Shown one piece after another: positions 40,581-50,415 of a stretch of DNA of 64,000 bases. Source of the DNA: an uncultured Bacilli bacterium (GTDB lineage Bacteria > Bacillota_I > Bacilli_A > RF39 > UBA660); contig CALVSW010000003.1 in NCBI GenBank assembly GCA_944359625.1, forward strand, positions 42,174-106,173. Reading direction: 5' to 3'. The first letter of the stretch is position 1. Every line of letters begins with the position of its first letter. A program made the translations under genes and the position numbers. The notes beneath the pieces are model-generated. The model saw only the letters and a program-made list of their open reading frames with translations, ran no database searches and had not been told where the DNA came from.

Positions 40581-40658
40581 AATATAACTTTCTATTCTTA
40601 TAATTATCTCAACCGGTTGTTATTATATCATAAATAAAAAATTAGGAAACTTTTAATC

Positions 40659-41237
40659 CTAATTTAATATATTTTTAACATCTAAATTTTTATTTTTATA
40701 TTCTTCATATAATTCTTTAAAACGATTATAATGAATTACTTCTCTTTGTCTTAGAAACAATAGGGGCTGTATAAGATCAGGATCAGTAGCTAAGTTAAGT
40801 AAATTTTCATAACCAGCTCGTGCTTTTTCTTCTGCAGCCATATCTTCGCATAAATCAACAACCGGATTACCAGTTGATGCAAAATAATCAGCTGTAAATG
40901 CAACTCCTGATGGATTTACTGGATATACTCCTTTACCATGTTCTGTATAATATTCGGCAAGTCCAACAGCTTCTAATTCTTCAAGTGTTGCATCCTTAAT
41001 TAATTGCCTAAACATAGTAGCAATCATTTCACAATGACCTAATTCTTCTGTAGCAATCATATTTAATAAAGCTTTTCCTTTAGCATCAGGCATTGCAAAA
41101 CTTTGTGAAAAATATCTTAAAGCTGCTGCTAATTCTCCAGCATAACCTCCTAAAGCACTAATAATATATTTTGCCATTCTTAAATCTTTCTTCTTGATAT
41201 TTATGGGAAATGCTAAGTGTTTTTCATATTTATACAT
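40659..41237 (-). CDS. cotJC: Spore coat protein CotJC (manganese catalase family)
   Basis: YEKHLAFPINIKKKDLRMAKYIISALGGYAGELAAALRYFSQSF...ATEELGHCEMIATM. Confidence 0.9.
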   Translation of the reverse strand: MYKYEKHLAFPINIKKKDLRMAKYIISALGGYAGELAAALRYFSQSFAMPDAKGKALLNMIATEELGHCEMIATMFRQLIKDATLEELEAVGLAEYYTEHGKGVYPVNPSGVAFTADYFASTGNPVVDLCEDMAAEEKARAGYENLLNLATDPDLIQPLLFLRQREVIHYNRFKELYEEYKNKNLDVKNILN

Positions 41238-41640
41238 ATTTTACCCCTCCATCATTATCCCATGGCCATGGGTTTTTATAATAATCATAAATATTAGTGT
41301 ATGTTGAACATAAATCTAATGGACGGAAAGTTCTTTCGTATTCGTCTAAATAAGTTTTATATTCTTTAACATACATTTTAAATTTATTATACATTTCGGT
41401 ATCATTAGGATGTAAATCTAAATATAGACTTAAATCATTTAAAGCAAATTCAGCTTCACTTAGCTTTATTAATAATTCTTCTTCTTTACTATTAGCGATT
41501 AATTCTCTTACTTTATAATTTTTATAAGGCATATATTCATTAGCAAACATATTACCACGAATATATCCAAGTTTATCATCAACAAGTTGTGTATTATTAT
41601 CATTATTTTCTATAAAAAAATCAAAATCATCAATTAACAT
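41230..41640 (-). CDS. cotJB: Spore coat protein CotJB with CotJA-like N-terminal extension
   Basis: LSEAEFALNDLSLYLDLHPND...YKNPWPWDNDG is CotJB-like. The N-terminal GYIRGNMFANEYMPYKNY resembles the CotJA G-T-x-F..L..PY motif. No separate cotJA ORF lies upstream. Confidence 0.7.
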   Translation of the reverse strand: MLIDDFDFFIENNDNNTQLVDDKLGYIRGNMFANEYMPYKNYKVRELIANSKEEELLIKLSEAEFALNDLSLYLDLHPNDTEMYNKFKMYVKEYKTYLDEYERTFRPLDLCSTYTNIYDYYKNPWPWDNDGGVKYV

Positions 41641-41772
41641 ATTTGACCTCCTAAGCTCATTTTATGTAAAATATTTCTTATTGCATATGTTATTAGCCTA
41701 TACAACTATTTTAACTTTTTGCATAATTTTTATACTTATGATATAATCAAACTAGAAAGTAGGTTGATCCTA

Positions 41773-42318
41773 ATGGCTAAAAGTAAAGTTATGAAAAAAT
41801 ATGAAGAAGATTTTAAAAAATTAGCTCTTGCTATAACCTTAATTATTACAATATTATTAATTGGATACTTCGGTTATAGTATGTATAATCAATATACTGA
41901 AGCTAAAATTCAAAGATCTTATTTAGTAAGTAAAAAATTAGTAAAAAAAGATTATAATATTGAAGAAGATTTAACTGAATTAAAGAATTTAACTGGTGAA
42001 AGATTTATTTATATTTCTTATACTGGTAATAAGGATATATATAACTTAGAAAAAGATTTAAAAAAGTTAATTGATGAATATAATTTAAAAGATAAATTTT
42101 ATTATGTTAATATTGACTCCATCAAAAATGATGATAATGTTATTTCTGCAATTAATAATTTATTAGGAATTGATGAAGGATTAGTTACTAAAGTTCCTAC
42201 TATAATATATGTTAATAAGAATAATGAGATTTTAAGAGATAATGTAATTACAAGATTAGATGATAATTTAATGGAAGTTGGCGACTTTCAAAAATTATTA
42301 GATATAAATGGCTTTTAA
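41773..42318 (+). CDS. Hypothetical membrane-anchored protein
   Basis: Likely start is the ATG at 41773. It has one TM helix and no catalytic motif (no CxxC). Confidence 0.4.
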   Translation: MAKSKVMKKYEEDFKKLALAITLIITILLIGYFGYSMYNQYTEAKIQRSYLVSKKLVKKDYNIEEDLTELKNLTGERFIYISYTGNKDIYNLEKDLKKLIDEYNLKDKFYYVNIDSIKNDDNVISAINNLLGIDEGLVTKVPTIIYVNKNNEILRDNVITRLDDNLMEVGDFQKLLDINGF

Positions 42319-42382
42319 GGTCATTTTTTTCTTTAAAAAAATTATATAGTAATTTATAATATTTAGTCATGATGGAGGTTTT

Positions 42383-43378
42383 ATGGAAAATTACATAAAA
42401 GATATTATAGAAAAAATTAGATTAAGAAACTATGGTTTTGTTAATAAATTAATTGAATTAAATATATTAGATAGTAATTTACTAACAAAAGAAATAATTA
42501 AAACTAAAGATTATAGTTTATATGTTCAGGCTATATTGAATTTAAAAAGTATTAATTATGATGAAATAATTACAATGATATGTAATTCTTATGATAGCAA
42601 AAAATTACAATATTTATTAAATATTGCTGAAAACAATAATCAAATATGTAAAGAAAGAATTATCGAATGTTTTATAGAAGATTCAGCTAATGTTGAAGAA
42701 TTATATGATTTACAAATGATTTATGGAAATGATAAAAGGATAATTAGGGAAATAATAAATAAATCTAGACTATTACACCAATTATTTCCAAGTCTAGTTC
42801 TTACTAAATACGAAGATGAAGATTTAATAAGGGCATGTATAGCTCGTATTTACACTATCAATAAAGAATCATTATTAATATTATTAAATGTAGATTCAAA
42901 ATATTCTGTTAAAGTTATTAAAGCTATGGTAAATAACGATAAAGAGGATTTTGCTTATATGCTCATGAGTTATTATAATTTGTTAAAACTATTTAATCAA
43001 ACTGATAAAGCTATAACATTAGATTCGTTAATAATAGGTATTGAACCTACTATAAAAAGCAATATATTAAACTATCAAAAATTTTATATAAGTTTATTAA
43101 TTTGTTTAAGAAAAAGTTTACCATCAATGGAGGTCAGAAATATAGTTGGTTGCGAAGGTTTAGATGATGAACAATTAAAATTAGTAGAAAATGAAATTAT
43201 TAAACATATTAATGTAGTATTAGAATCTGATGATGTAACTGATTTGGAATTACATAATTATTTAATTTGGTTATATTCAGTTAGAAATACAGAAATTATG
43301 AATAAATATTCTTTAAAATTTGCTAAGTTATTTAATAATAGTCCAACAAGACAATTAAATCTTAAAAAAAATCAATAA
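42383..43378 (+). CDS. Hypothetical protein
   Basis: 331-aa helical protein with RBS GGAGG. No motif recognised. Confidence 0.4.
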   Translation: MENYIKDIIEKIRLRNYGFVNKLIELNILDSNLLTKEIIKTKDYSLYVQAILNLKSINYDEIITMICNSYDSKKLQYLLNIAENNNQICKERIIECFIEDSANVEELYDLQMIYGNDKRIIREIINKSRLLHQLFPSLVLTKYEDEDLIRACIARIYTINKESLLILLNVDSKYSVKVIKAMVNNDKEDFAYMLMSYYNLLKLFNQTDKAITLDSLIIGIEPTIKSNILNYQKFYISLLICLRKSLPSMEVRNIVGCEGLDDEQLKLVENEIIKHINVVLESDDVTDLELHNYLIWLYSVRNTEIMNKYSLKFAKLFNNSPTRQLNLKKNQ

Positions 43379-43384
43379 AACTAT

Positions 43385-43413
43385 TTGACTTTTATACTAC
43401 TTTCTTATATACT
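43385..43413 (+). promoter_or_regulatory. Sigma-A promoter of rplM-rpsI (TTGACT-17-TATACT)
   Basis: TTGACT at 43385-43390 and TATACT at 43408-43413, followed by an 80-nt leader before rplM. Confidence 0.6.
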
Positions 43414-43494
43414 TTTAACTGGTACATTTTATTTATGTAGGAATTTTTGATGTGGGAAGTTAACTATTTCTATATAATTGAGAGGGAAAGAATT

Positions 43495-43926
43495 ATGAAA
43501 ACATTTATGCAAAAAAAGGAAACTGTAGATCGTAAATGGTATGTAATTGATGCTACAGATATGACTTTAGGTCGTTTAGCAACTAAAGTTGCTACAATTT
43601 TAAAGGGTAAACATAAACCAACTTATACTCCACATGTAGATTGTGGTGATTATGTAATTGTTATCAATGCTAAAAAAGTTAATTTAACTGGTAAGAAGTT
43701 AGCTGATAAAGTTTATTATAATCATAGTCGTTATGCTGGTGGTTTAAGAGAAAGAACTGCTGGAGAAATGATTGAAAAATATCCAGAAGAAATGATTGAA
43801 AGAGCAGTAAAAGGTATGCTTCCAAAAGGTCCATTAGGACGTCAAATGGGTAAAAAGTTATTTGTTTATGCTGATGAAAAGTATGAACAAGTTGCACAAA
43901 AACCAATTGAATTGAAAGTTAAATAG
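43495..43926 (+). CDS. rplM: 50S ribosomal protein L13
   Basis: [20 protein letters not shown]...[22 protein letters not shown]. The true start is the ATG at 43495. Confidence 0.97.
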   Translation: MKTFMQKKETVDRKWYVIDATDMTLGRLATKVATILKGKHKPTYTPHVDCGDYVIVINAKKVNLTGKKLADKVYYNHSRYAGGLRERTAGEMIEKYPEEMIERAVKGMLPKGPLGRQMGKKLFVYADEKYEQVAQKPIELKVK

Positions 43927-43937
43927 GAGGAAATTAC

Positions 43938-44357
43938 ATGGCAAATAAGCAAGTATGGACTGCAACAGGTCGTAGAAAAAGATCTAGCGCACAAGTTAGA
44001 ATGACAACTGGAAAAGGTAAAATTACTATAAATGGAGTTCCTGTTAGTGAATATATGCCTTACGAAACATTAGTAATGGATATTAAACAACCATTAACAA
44101 TTACAAATAATGATGATAAATTTGATATTGAAGTAACTGTTAAGGGTGGTGGATTCTCTGGTCAAGCAGGTGCTACTAGATTAGCAATTACTAGAGCATT
44201 AATTGAATATGATGCAAATACAGATCAAACTAGAGAAGATTCTTATCGTAAAATTTTAAAAAAGGCTGGCTTTGTTAAACGTGATCCAAGAGTTAAAGAA
44301 CGTAAGAAATATGGTCTTAAAAAAGCTCGTCGTGCTCCACAATTCTCAAAGAGATAG
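43938..44357 (+). CDS. rpsI: 30S ribosomal protein S9
   Basis: GRRKRSSAQVRM...GGGFSGQAGATRLAITRAL...KKARRAPQFSKR. Confidence 0.97.
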   Translation: MANKQVWTATGRRKRSSAQVRMTTGKGKITINGVPVSEYMPYETLVMDIKQPLTITNNDDKFDIEVTVKGGGFSGQAGATRLAITRALIEYDANTDQTREDSYRKILKKAGFVKRDPRVKERKKYGLKKARRAPQFSKR

Positions 44358-44366
44358 TAATTTATT

Positions 44367-44395
44367 ACTTCATGACTTCGGTTATGAAGTTTTTT
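44367..44395 (+). terminator. Rho-independent terminator after rpsI
   Basis: 10-bp stem ACTTCATGAC/GTTATGAAGT, TTCG loop and T5. Confidence 0.8.
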
Positions 44396-44430
44396 CATAA
44401 TATTAATTAAGCTAACACATATAATTTAAT

Positions 44431-45063
44431 ATGAAAAAGTTTATAGTTTTAATCTTTTTATTGCTTGCTGTTAGTTTAACACAAGTGTTTGCAATGTTAC
44501 CATTAAGTGGTAAATTAATTGTAATTGATGTTGGCCATGGTGGTAAAGATTCGGGGACTAGTTATCAAAATATTTTAGAAAAAGATTTAAATTTAGAAAT
44601 TGCATTTAAGTTAAGAGATGAATTAATTAAAAATGGCGCTGATGTAATTATGACAAGAGAAGGAGATTATGATTTATCATCACCAGATGCTAGTAGAAGA
44701 AAGAAAAGTGATTTTGATAATCGTATTAAATTGATTAATGATTCTAAAGCCGATTTATATTTATCAATACATATAAATTATTTAGAAGATTCAAGTTATA
44801 GTGGTGCGCAAATTTTTTATGAAGGTGATAATAATAAACAACTAGCTACATTTTTACAAGAGCAATTAAATACAATAAGTTATCCTCGTAGCATTAAGCC
44901 GATGCCAAATATTTATATGTATCAATATTTAAAAATTCCCGGGGTATTAGTTGAATGTGGTTTTATATCTAATGCTAATGAAAGAAAAAGATTACAAGAT
45001 AGTAATTATCAGAAACAATTAGCACTTGCTTTAACAAATGGCATAATAAATTATTTCACATAA
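44431..45063 (+). CDS. cwlD: Germination-specific N-acetylmuramoyl-L-alanine amidase
   Basis: LPLSGKLIVIDVGHGGKDSG...RRKKSDFDNRIKLINDSKADLYLSIHIN...GVLVECGFISN aligns closely with B. subtilis CwlD. The rplM-rpsI-cwlD synteny is conserved. Confidence 0.88.
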   Translation: MKKFIVLIFLLLAVSLTQVFAMLPLSGKLIVIDVGHGGKDSGTSYQNILEKDLNLEIAFKLRDELIKNGADVIMTREGDYDLSSPDASRRKKSDFDNRIKLINDSKADLYLSIHINYLEDSSYSGAQIFYEGDNNKQLATFLQEQLNTISYPRSIKPMPNIYMYQYLKIPGVLVECGFISNANERKRLQDSNYQKQLALALTNGIINYFT

Positions 45064-45149
45064 TCTTCACAAAACTAACTTATTTTTGTCATTTAAAATA
45101 GGTACCATTTAAATGTCTGTTGTGATATAATTTAACAATAGGTGATAGT

Positions 45150-46091
45150 ATGAAGGGTAAGGAAAAAACATTTAAGACTATTGATGAACAAATTGATATT
45201 CTTTTAGAGAAAGGCCTTATCATAGATGATATTGATTATACTAAATCAATTCTATTACGTGAAAATTATTTTTTCCTTATGGGGTATCGTCATTTATTTT
45301 TAAAAACTGAAAAAGAAAGATACTTTATTACAAATACTAACTTTAGAGAATTATATGGAATGTTTAATTTTGATAGACAATTAAGGAATATAGTGTTTAA
45401 AAATATACTTATTGTAGAAAATAATGCTAAAAGTATATTTTCATATCAGTTATCTAAGAAATATGGTATTAAAGAAAAAAACTATTTAAACTCTAAAAAC
45501 TTTAATCAAGACCCCCAAAGACGACGTCAAGTACAAGATTTAATCAAAAAAATGCAACGACAAATAAGAGTTAATGGTGGTCAACATTCGGCAACGATGC
45601 ATTTTATAACAAAATATGGTTATATTCCTTTATGGATTGTAGTAAAAGTTTTATCTTTTGGTATAGTTAGTGAATTATTCACTATACTAAAACCAGAGGA
45701 TCAAAAAGAAATTGCTAATATTTATCAAATTAATGCAGATAATTTAGCTTTGTACTTACCAATATTAGCAAATTTTAGAAATTTATGTGCTCATGAAGAT
45801 ATTTTATATAATCATAAATCTCAACGAATTATTCCCGATACAAAATATCATAATATATTAAATATTCCTAAAATGAATGGTGAGTATATTTACGGAAAAG
45901 ATGATTTGTTTGCCCTTATTATTATTTTAAAACAGATGTTAAGAGAAGAACAATTTTGTTTATTATTAAATGAAATTTCTTACGAATTAGATGTTTTAGA
46001 AGGAAAATTAAGACATATAAAAATTGATAAAGTATTAGATGCTATTGGTTTTCCTAAAAATTATAAAAATTTACTAAGGATGGATTATTAA
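45150..46091 (+). CDS. Abi_2 (AbiD/AbiF-like) abortive-infection family protein
   Basis: 313 aa. The N-terminal TIDEQIDILLEKGLIIDD, YRHLF, and NLCAHEDILYN (the conserved R..xAH motif region) are typical of Abi_2 proteins. Confidence 0.75.
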   Translation: MKGKEKTFKTIDEQIDILLEKGLIIDDIDYTKSILLRENYFFLMGYRHLFLKTEKERYFITNTNFRELYGMFNFDRQLRNIVFKNILIVENNAKSIFSYQLSKKYGIKEKNYLNSKNFNQDPQRRRQVQDLIKKMQRQIRVNGGQHSATMHFITKYGYIPLWIVVKVLSFGIVSELFTILKPEDQKEIANIYQINADNLALYLPILANFRNLCAHEDILYNHKSQRIIPDTKYHNILNIPKMNGEYIYGKDDLFALIIILKQMLREEQFCLLLNEISYELDVLEGKLRHIKIDKVLDAIGFPKNYKNLLRMDY

Positions 46092-47224
46092 TGGAAAATG
46101 AAAAAATATATGAAGCAAAAGTAATTAATAATAAAAAAAATAGTAATAGTTTTTTAGTAAGACTACTTATTATAGTTTGTTTAATAGCTATTGGAGCAGC
46201 AGGTATGTACATGATAATAGAGGTAATGCCTGGTGATACAGTTATTAATAAGTTAGAAAAAGAAGTAACTGTAAATGAAAATGGTATTGCTGATGCAGTC
46301 GAAAAAGTATACGATGCTGTAGTAGTTGTAGAGACATATCGCCGAAATACTTTAGTAGCTACCGGTACTGGTGTAATTTTTAAGCAAGATAATAATAAAT
46401 ATTATGTAATGACTAATTATCATGTAATCGAAGATGGTACAACAATAAAAATTGTATTAACTGATGGAAACAGATATGAAGTTAATGTTGATGGTGGAGA
46501 TATTTACTCAGATATTGCAGTATTATCATTTGATTCTAAAGAAGATTATACAATTGCTGAGATGGGATCTAGTACCGATGCTCGTGTTGGGGATACTACA
46601 TTTACAGTAGGAGCTCCACTTGATGCTGATACTTATTCTTGGACGGTAACAAGAGGAATATTATCTGGTAAGGATAGAATGATAGAAGTATCTACTTCCA
46701 ACACTTTATATAATTCAAATGATTATATAATGAAAGTTTTACAAACAGATGCCGCTATAAACTCAGGAAATTCTGGTGGACCTTTATGTAATTCTAATGG
46801 CCAAGTAATAGGCATTACTAACATGAAGTTAGTTTCCGATGGTGTAGAAGGTATGGGCTTTGCAATTCCAATTGAAGATGCTATAGATTTTGCTAATAAA
46901 ATAATTAATGGTGAAGATATTACCCGTCCTAAAATTGGTATTTCAATGGTTGCTTTAGCAGGTGCTTCAATTTATGGTGTTGATATACCTGATAATGTAG
47001 AAAATGGTGTTGCTGTTTTAAGTGTTAATTCTGGTAGTTCAGCTGAAGTTGCTGGATTAGAACGTGGTGATATTATTACTGAATTTGATAATGTTAAAAT
47101 CGAGTCCGTAGCGCAATTAAAATATGAATTATATCGTCATAATGTTGGTGATGTAGTTACTATTAAAATTAATCGTCATGGTTCAATAAAAGACTTACAA
47201 ATGACCCTTACAAAAGGTGATTAG
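46091..47224 (+). CDS. HtrA/DegP-family serine protease with PDZ domain
   Basis: TM anchor; catalytic H (TNYHVIE), D (DIAVL) and S (GNSGGPL); C-terminal PDZ (GLERGDIITEFDN). Confidence 0.9.
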   Translation: MENEKIYEAKVINNKKNSNSFLVRLLIIVCLIAIGAAGMYMIIEVMPGDTVINKLEKEVTVNENGIADAVEKVYDAVVVVETYRRNTLVATGTGVIFKQDNNKYYVMTNYHVIEDGTTIKIVLTDGNRYEVNVDGGDIYSDIAVLSFDSKEDYTIAEMGSSTDARVGDTTFTVGAPLDADTYSWTVTRGILSGKDRMIEVSTSNTLYNSNDYIMKVLQTDAAINSGNSGGPLCNSNGQVIGITNMKLVSDGVEGMGFAIPIEDAIDFANKIINGEDITRPKIGISMVALAGASIYGVDIPDNVENGVAVLSVNSGSSAEVAGLERGDIITEFDNVKIESVAQLKYELYRHNVGDVVTIKINRHGSIKDLQMTLTKGD

Positions 47225-47235
47225 TAAGCCTTTTT

Positions 47236-48390
47236 TTATTCTAAATATAAAATATCTAAATCTACATAACTATTAATACCAGGTACTATACCTGTATTAG
47301 TAAATTGCCATAAGAAGTATTCTTTATCATAATCAGTATTATAGGTATAATGAGCTAACCATGTTGGGTATTCATCTATATTCCAAACTGTATTAAGATA
47401 ATATTTACTTCCATAAATCATACTTTTAAAACCATTATCTTCTAATATTTGCATAAAGCGTTTAGCCACACGATTAATATCATAAAAATTTATATTATAT
47501 GTATTAAATTTTGACCAGTCTTCATAATCAAATGCTATAGGTAAATCAAATTTAAAATCTTTAAGATTATCTACTATAAAGTTAGCTTGTTCTTCAGCTT
47601 CCCATATTTCTGTAGCATAAGAATAAAAATAACCACCAATTTTAAGACCTACGTTTTTAGCTTCTGTTAAATTCTTTATAGCATTATTATCTAATATTAA
47701 ACCATCGTTAGTATGACCATATCCTATTCTTATTATAGCAAATTCAATACCACTATTTTTTACTAATTGCCAATCAATATCACCTTGAAAAGTTGATACA
47801 TCGATACCAATCATCGTCTTATCAGTTTTATATTTTAAAATCATTTCTTCTAAATTATCTTCTATTATAGTCGGTTCACTATAATTCATTTCATCAACAA
47901 CATGCAACTTTATATTTTTTGAAGTTACATTATTACTATCATCAATAATCTCTACTTTTAAATTATAAATACCTAAGTTATTAATATCATATTCTCCAGA
48001 TACTTGACAGGTTAAATTACGATCAGCATTATCGCCATAAAATCCTGATTTACAAATATTTACTTCATTTCCAAGAGTAGTATATATATTAGAACTAATA
48101 TTAAGTATCGGAGCTGTTGTATCAATTAAATTAATATCAACTTTTATAGAATCTTTATGTTTTTTAATATCTATATAATCTATATTAACTGTTAATGGGC
48201 CAATATTTTCGTAGTTAATTAAAGTATCATTTATAATATATCCATCAGTAATATTTATTAAATCATGTAAATATATATCTGTTCCATATTCAAAAGATAA
48301 ATTATTATTTACTTCTATAATTGCTATATTTTTACCACATCCAGTTAATAAAAAACAGAGTATTATTAGAAATAAAAATTTAAATCGCAT
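47236..48390 (-). CDS. GH25 muramidase lipoprotein with N-terminal Ig-like region
   Basis: Lipobox LLTGCG; GIDVSTFQGDIDWQLVKNSGIEFAIIRIGYG is typical of GH25. Confidence 0.8.
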   Translation of the reverse strand: MRFKFLFLIILCFLLTGCGKNIAIIEVNNNLSFEYGTDIYLHDLINITDGYIINDTLINYENIGPLTVNIDYIDIKKHKDSIKVDINLIDTTAPILNISSNIYTTLGNEVNICKSGFYGDNADRNLTCQVSGEYDINNLGIYNLKVEIIDDSNNVTSKNIKLHVVDEMNYSEPTIIEDNLEEMILKYKTDKTMIGIDVSTFQGDIDWQLVKNSGIEFAIIRIGYGHTNDGLILDNNAIKNLTEAKNVGLKIGGYFYSYATEIWEAEEQANFIVDNLKDFKFDLPIAFDYEDWSKFNTYNINFYDINRVAKRFMQILEDNGFKSMIYGSKYYLNTVWNIDEYPTWLAHYTYNTDYDKEYFLWQFTNTGIVPGINSYVDLDILYLE

Positions 48391-48483
48391 ATCATCACCA
48401 ATTAAGTTATATCATATATTAAAATGTTTTGCATTAAATACAATTATATGTTATATTTATCTTATAATAAAGAGGGATTTTTC

Positions 48484-49164
48484 ATGGTAAGGAAAAAAGA
48501 AGTAACAAGGCTATGCAATAGAAATATATTATCTTTAGGAATTTTTATAACGTTTGCAGGTATTATAATTGGTATAGTACTTATGTCTTATGGCTTATTA
48601 AAATTAGATTACTATCAAAAAAATTATACAGAAGAAAAAAAGTTAGAGTATGAAAGAAGTATAGAGTTAGTTGATTCGGAACTAGATAGTATTGAACAAT
48701 TAGCGGATGATTTAGAAATTCAAAAAAAATCAATTCAAGAAGAATTAAATAAAATTTATACTGAAAGTGGTTATAGTGAAGAATATTATCAAAAGGAAAA
48801 AGAATTAACTCAAAATGAAAATGATAAAATTAAGAATGATAATTTAAAATATGAAAAAATAGCAACCAAAAATGAATTAAAAAAAGAATTAAATGAAATA
48901 ACTGCTAATTTAGATTTTAATGATAATCGTCTTTTATATGTTTTACCAGGATTTTGCATGACTATTGTATTTATTGCTGTTGGTTTCATAGTTATATCTG
49001 CTTCTTATACAAAAGATAAAGATGAATTAGCGTTACATTCTACACCAGATGGTCCATTACAAACTATTGATGAGATAGAAAAAAACAATAAAAATCAAAA
49101 TAAAAGTGATGATATTAAATTACCAAGTTATAGAAAAGATAAAGGAAAAAAATCTACAAAATAA
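48484..49164 (+). CDS. Hypothetical membrane protein with coiled-coil loop
   Basis: Start is the ATG at 48484 after RBS AAGAGGGA. It has two TM helices flanking a K/E-rich segment. Confidence 0.4.
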   Translation: MVRKKEVTRLCNRNILSLGIFITFAGIIIGIVLMSYGLLKLDYYQKNYTEEKKLEYERSIELVDSELDSIEQLADDLEIQKKSIQEELNKIYTESGYSEEYYQKEKELTQNENDKIKNDNLKYEKIATKNELKKELNEITANLDFNDNRLLYVLPGFCMTIVFIAVGFIVISASYTKDKDELALHSTPDGPLQTIDEIEKNNKNQNKSDDIKLPSYRKDKGKKSTK

Positions 49165-49243
49165 AGCAACATGAAATATAATGTTGTTTTTATTTTGTTA
49201 CAATATTAGTAAGGATACTTAGAAATTAAAAAAGTTATAATAA

Positions 49244-49936
49244 CTATTCTAAAGATACTTTATGAATAATATAATTCCATATTCTTCCATCATAACCATT
49301 TTTTTGCTTGCTAACTTCATTTATTACTTTACAATATTTCCTAATTTTATTAGCTGAGTTATCAATTTGTTCACAAGAAGTCATAGTTAAATATTTATAT
49401 TGACTTTTTAAATATTTTAAACAAAAATTAAATTCATCATCATCTATTATCATTTTATTTAGATTAGTAGCATTTTCTTCATTTGGAAAAACTAAAAAGT
49501 CACCTTTAAATTTATCATTTTTTAACAAAATATAATAAATAGCGATATTATCTCTAATTTCTAAAGCTGCTGGAGTGTCTTCACATCTATAACCATTCCA
49601 TTTTAAAAACTCATTATAATCTCCTTTTATTATTTTATAAGAAACATTTTCAACATATTTTTTTATTTTTTCCATTTTTAATCTAAATTCCTTTCCTTTA
49701 TTTTCAATAATACTTAAGTTACCTGTCTTTAAATAATCTTCTATATTTTTTAAAGATAAATTTAATTCTTTTAACATAATTATTTTTTTTATTTGTTCAA
49801 TTTGTTCATCAGTATAATATCTATATCCAGTAAAATCATCTATATATGATGGTTTAAATAAATTAATTTCATCATAGTATCTTAATGTTTTTACTGGTAT
49901 ACTAACCTTTTTGGAAAAATCACCTATTTTATACAT
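49244..49936 (-). CDS. MerR-family transcriptional regulator with C-terminal effector domain
   Basis: MYKIGDFSKKVSIPVKTLRYYDEINLFKP is a MerR HTH. 230 aa. Confidence 0.85.
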   Translation of the reverse strand: MYKIGDFSKKVSIPVKTLRYYDEINLFKPSYIDDFTGYRYYTDEQIEQIKKIIMLKELNLSLKNIEDYLKTGNLSIIENKGKEFRLKMEKIKKYVENVSYKIIKGDYNEFLKWNGYRCEDTPAALEIRDNIAIYYILLKNDKFKGDFLVFPNEENATNLNKMIIDDDEFNFCLKYLKSQYKYLTMTSCEQIDNSANKIRKYCKVINEVSKQKNGYDGRIWNYIIHKVSLE

Positions 49937-49947
49937 ATTATTACCTT

Positions 49948-50223
49948 CTATCTAAAAACTCCTAGTATCAATCCTATTATAATAAGTATAACAAATAATA
50001 GTAATAAAGCGTCTTCTGAAATCAAAAGATTATCGTAAACTTTACTTTCTTCTATTAGATTATTTACTAATTCTTCATTTCTTGAAGATTTTTTAAAGCA
50101 ATCACATTGCATATCATTAGCATATATGTATTCTTTTTTAACTTTGCAATAGTACAAGCAGCCACTTGTACAACCCTCTTTTTTATTTTTATCGTCTAAA
50201 TAACTACAATAAGCACATTTCAT
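49948..50223 (-). CDS. Cys-rich small protein with C-terminal TM helix
   Basis: 91 aa with 9 Cys in the first 43 residues (CAYCS...C..GC.YYC......C.C), then LLLLFVILIIIGLILGVF. It is the first gene of the MerR operon. Confidence 0.45.
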   Translation of the reverse strand: MKCAYCSYLDDKNKKEGCTSGCLYYCKVKKEYIYANDMQCDCFKKSSRNEELVNNLIEESKVYDNLLISEDALLLLFVILIIIGLILGVFR

Positions 50224-50248
50224 ATCTATTTACCACCTTGGTAAAGAG

Positions 50249-50279
50249 ATAATATCATTACAGTTAACTGGAGAGTCAA
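50249..50279 (-). promoter_or_regulatory. MerR-type promoter: TTGACT-19 nt-TATTAT with palindrome CAGTTAACTG in the spacer
   Basis: On the minus strand, TTGACT is at 50279-50274 and TATTAT at 50254-50249. The 19-nt spacer contains the perfect 10-bp palindrome at 50261-50270. Confidence 0.55.
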
Positions 50280-50415
50280 CCTATAAAAATAAGTAATAAT
50301 TTTTATCATTTACATTTTTAGGTTTTAACTAATTTATTAATAGATACAAAATATAATATTTCTTTTATTAAAATATGGTAGTACCTAATTTATTTTTATT
50401 CATAAACTAAATTAG

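Noticed and set aside
43414-43494. Ribosomal-protein L13 leader RNA between the rplM promoter and start codon
   Set aside because: An 80-nt leader exists, but I could not identify convincing conserved pairing by eye. It needs an Infernal/Rfam search before it can be called.
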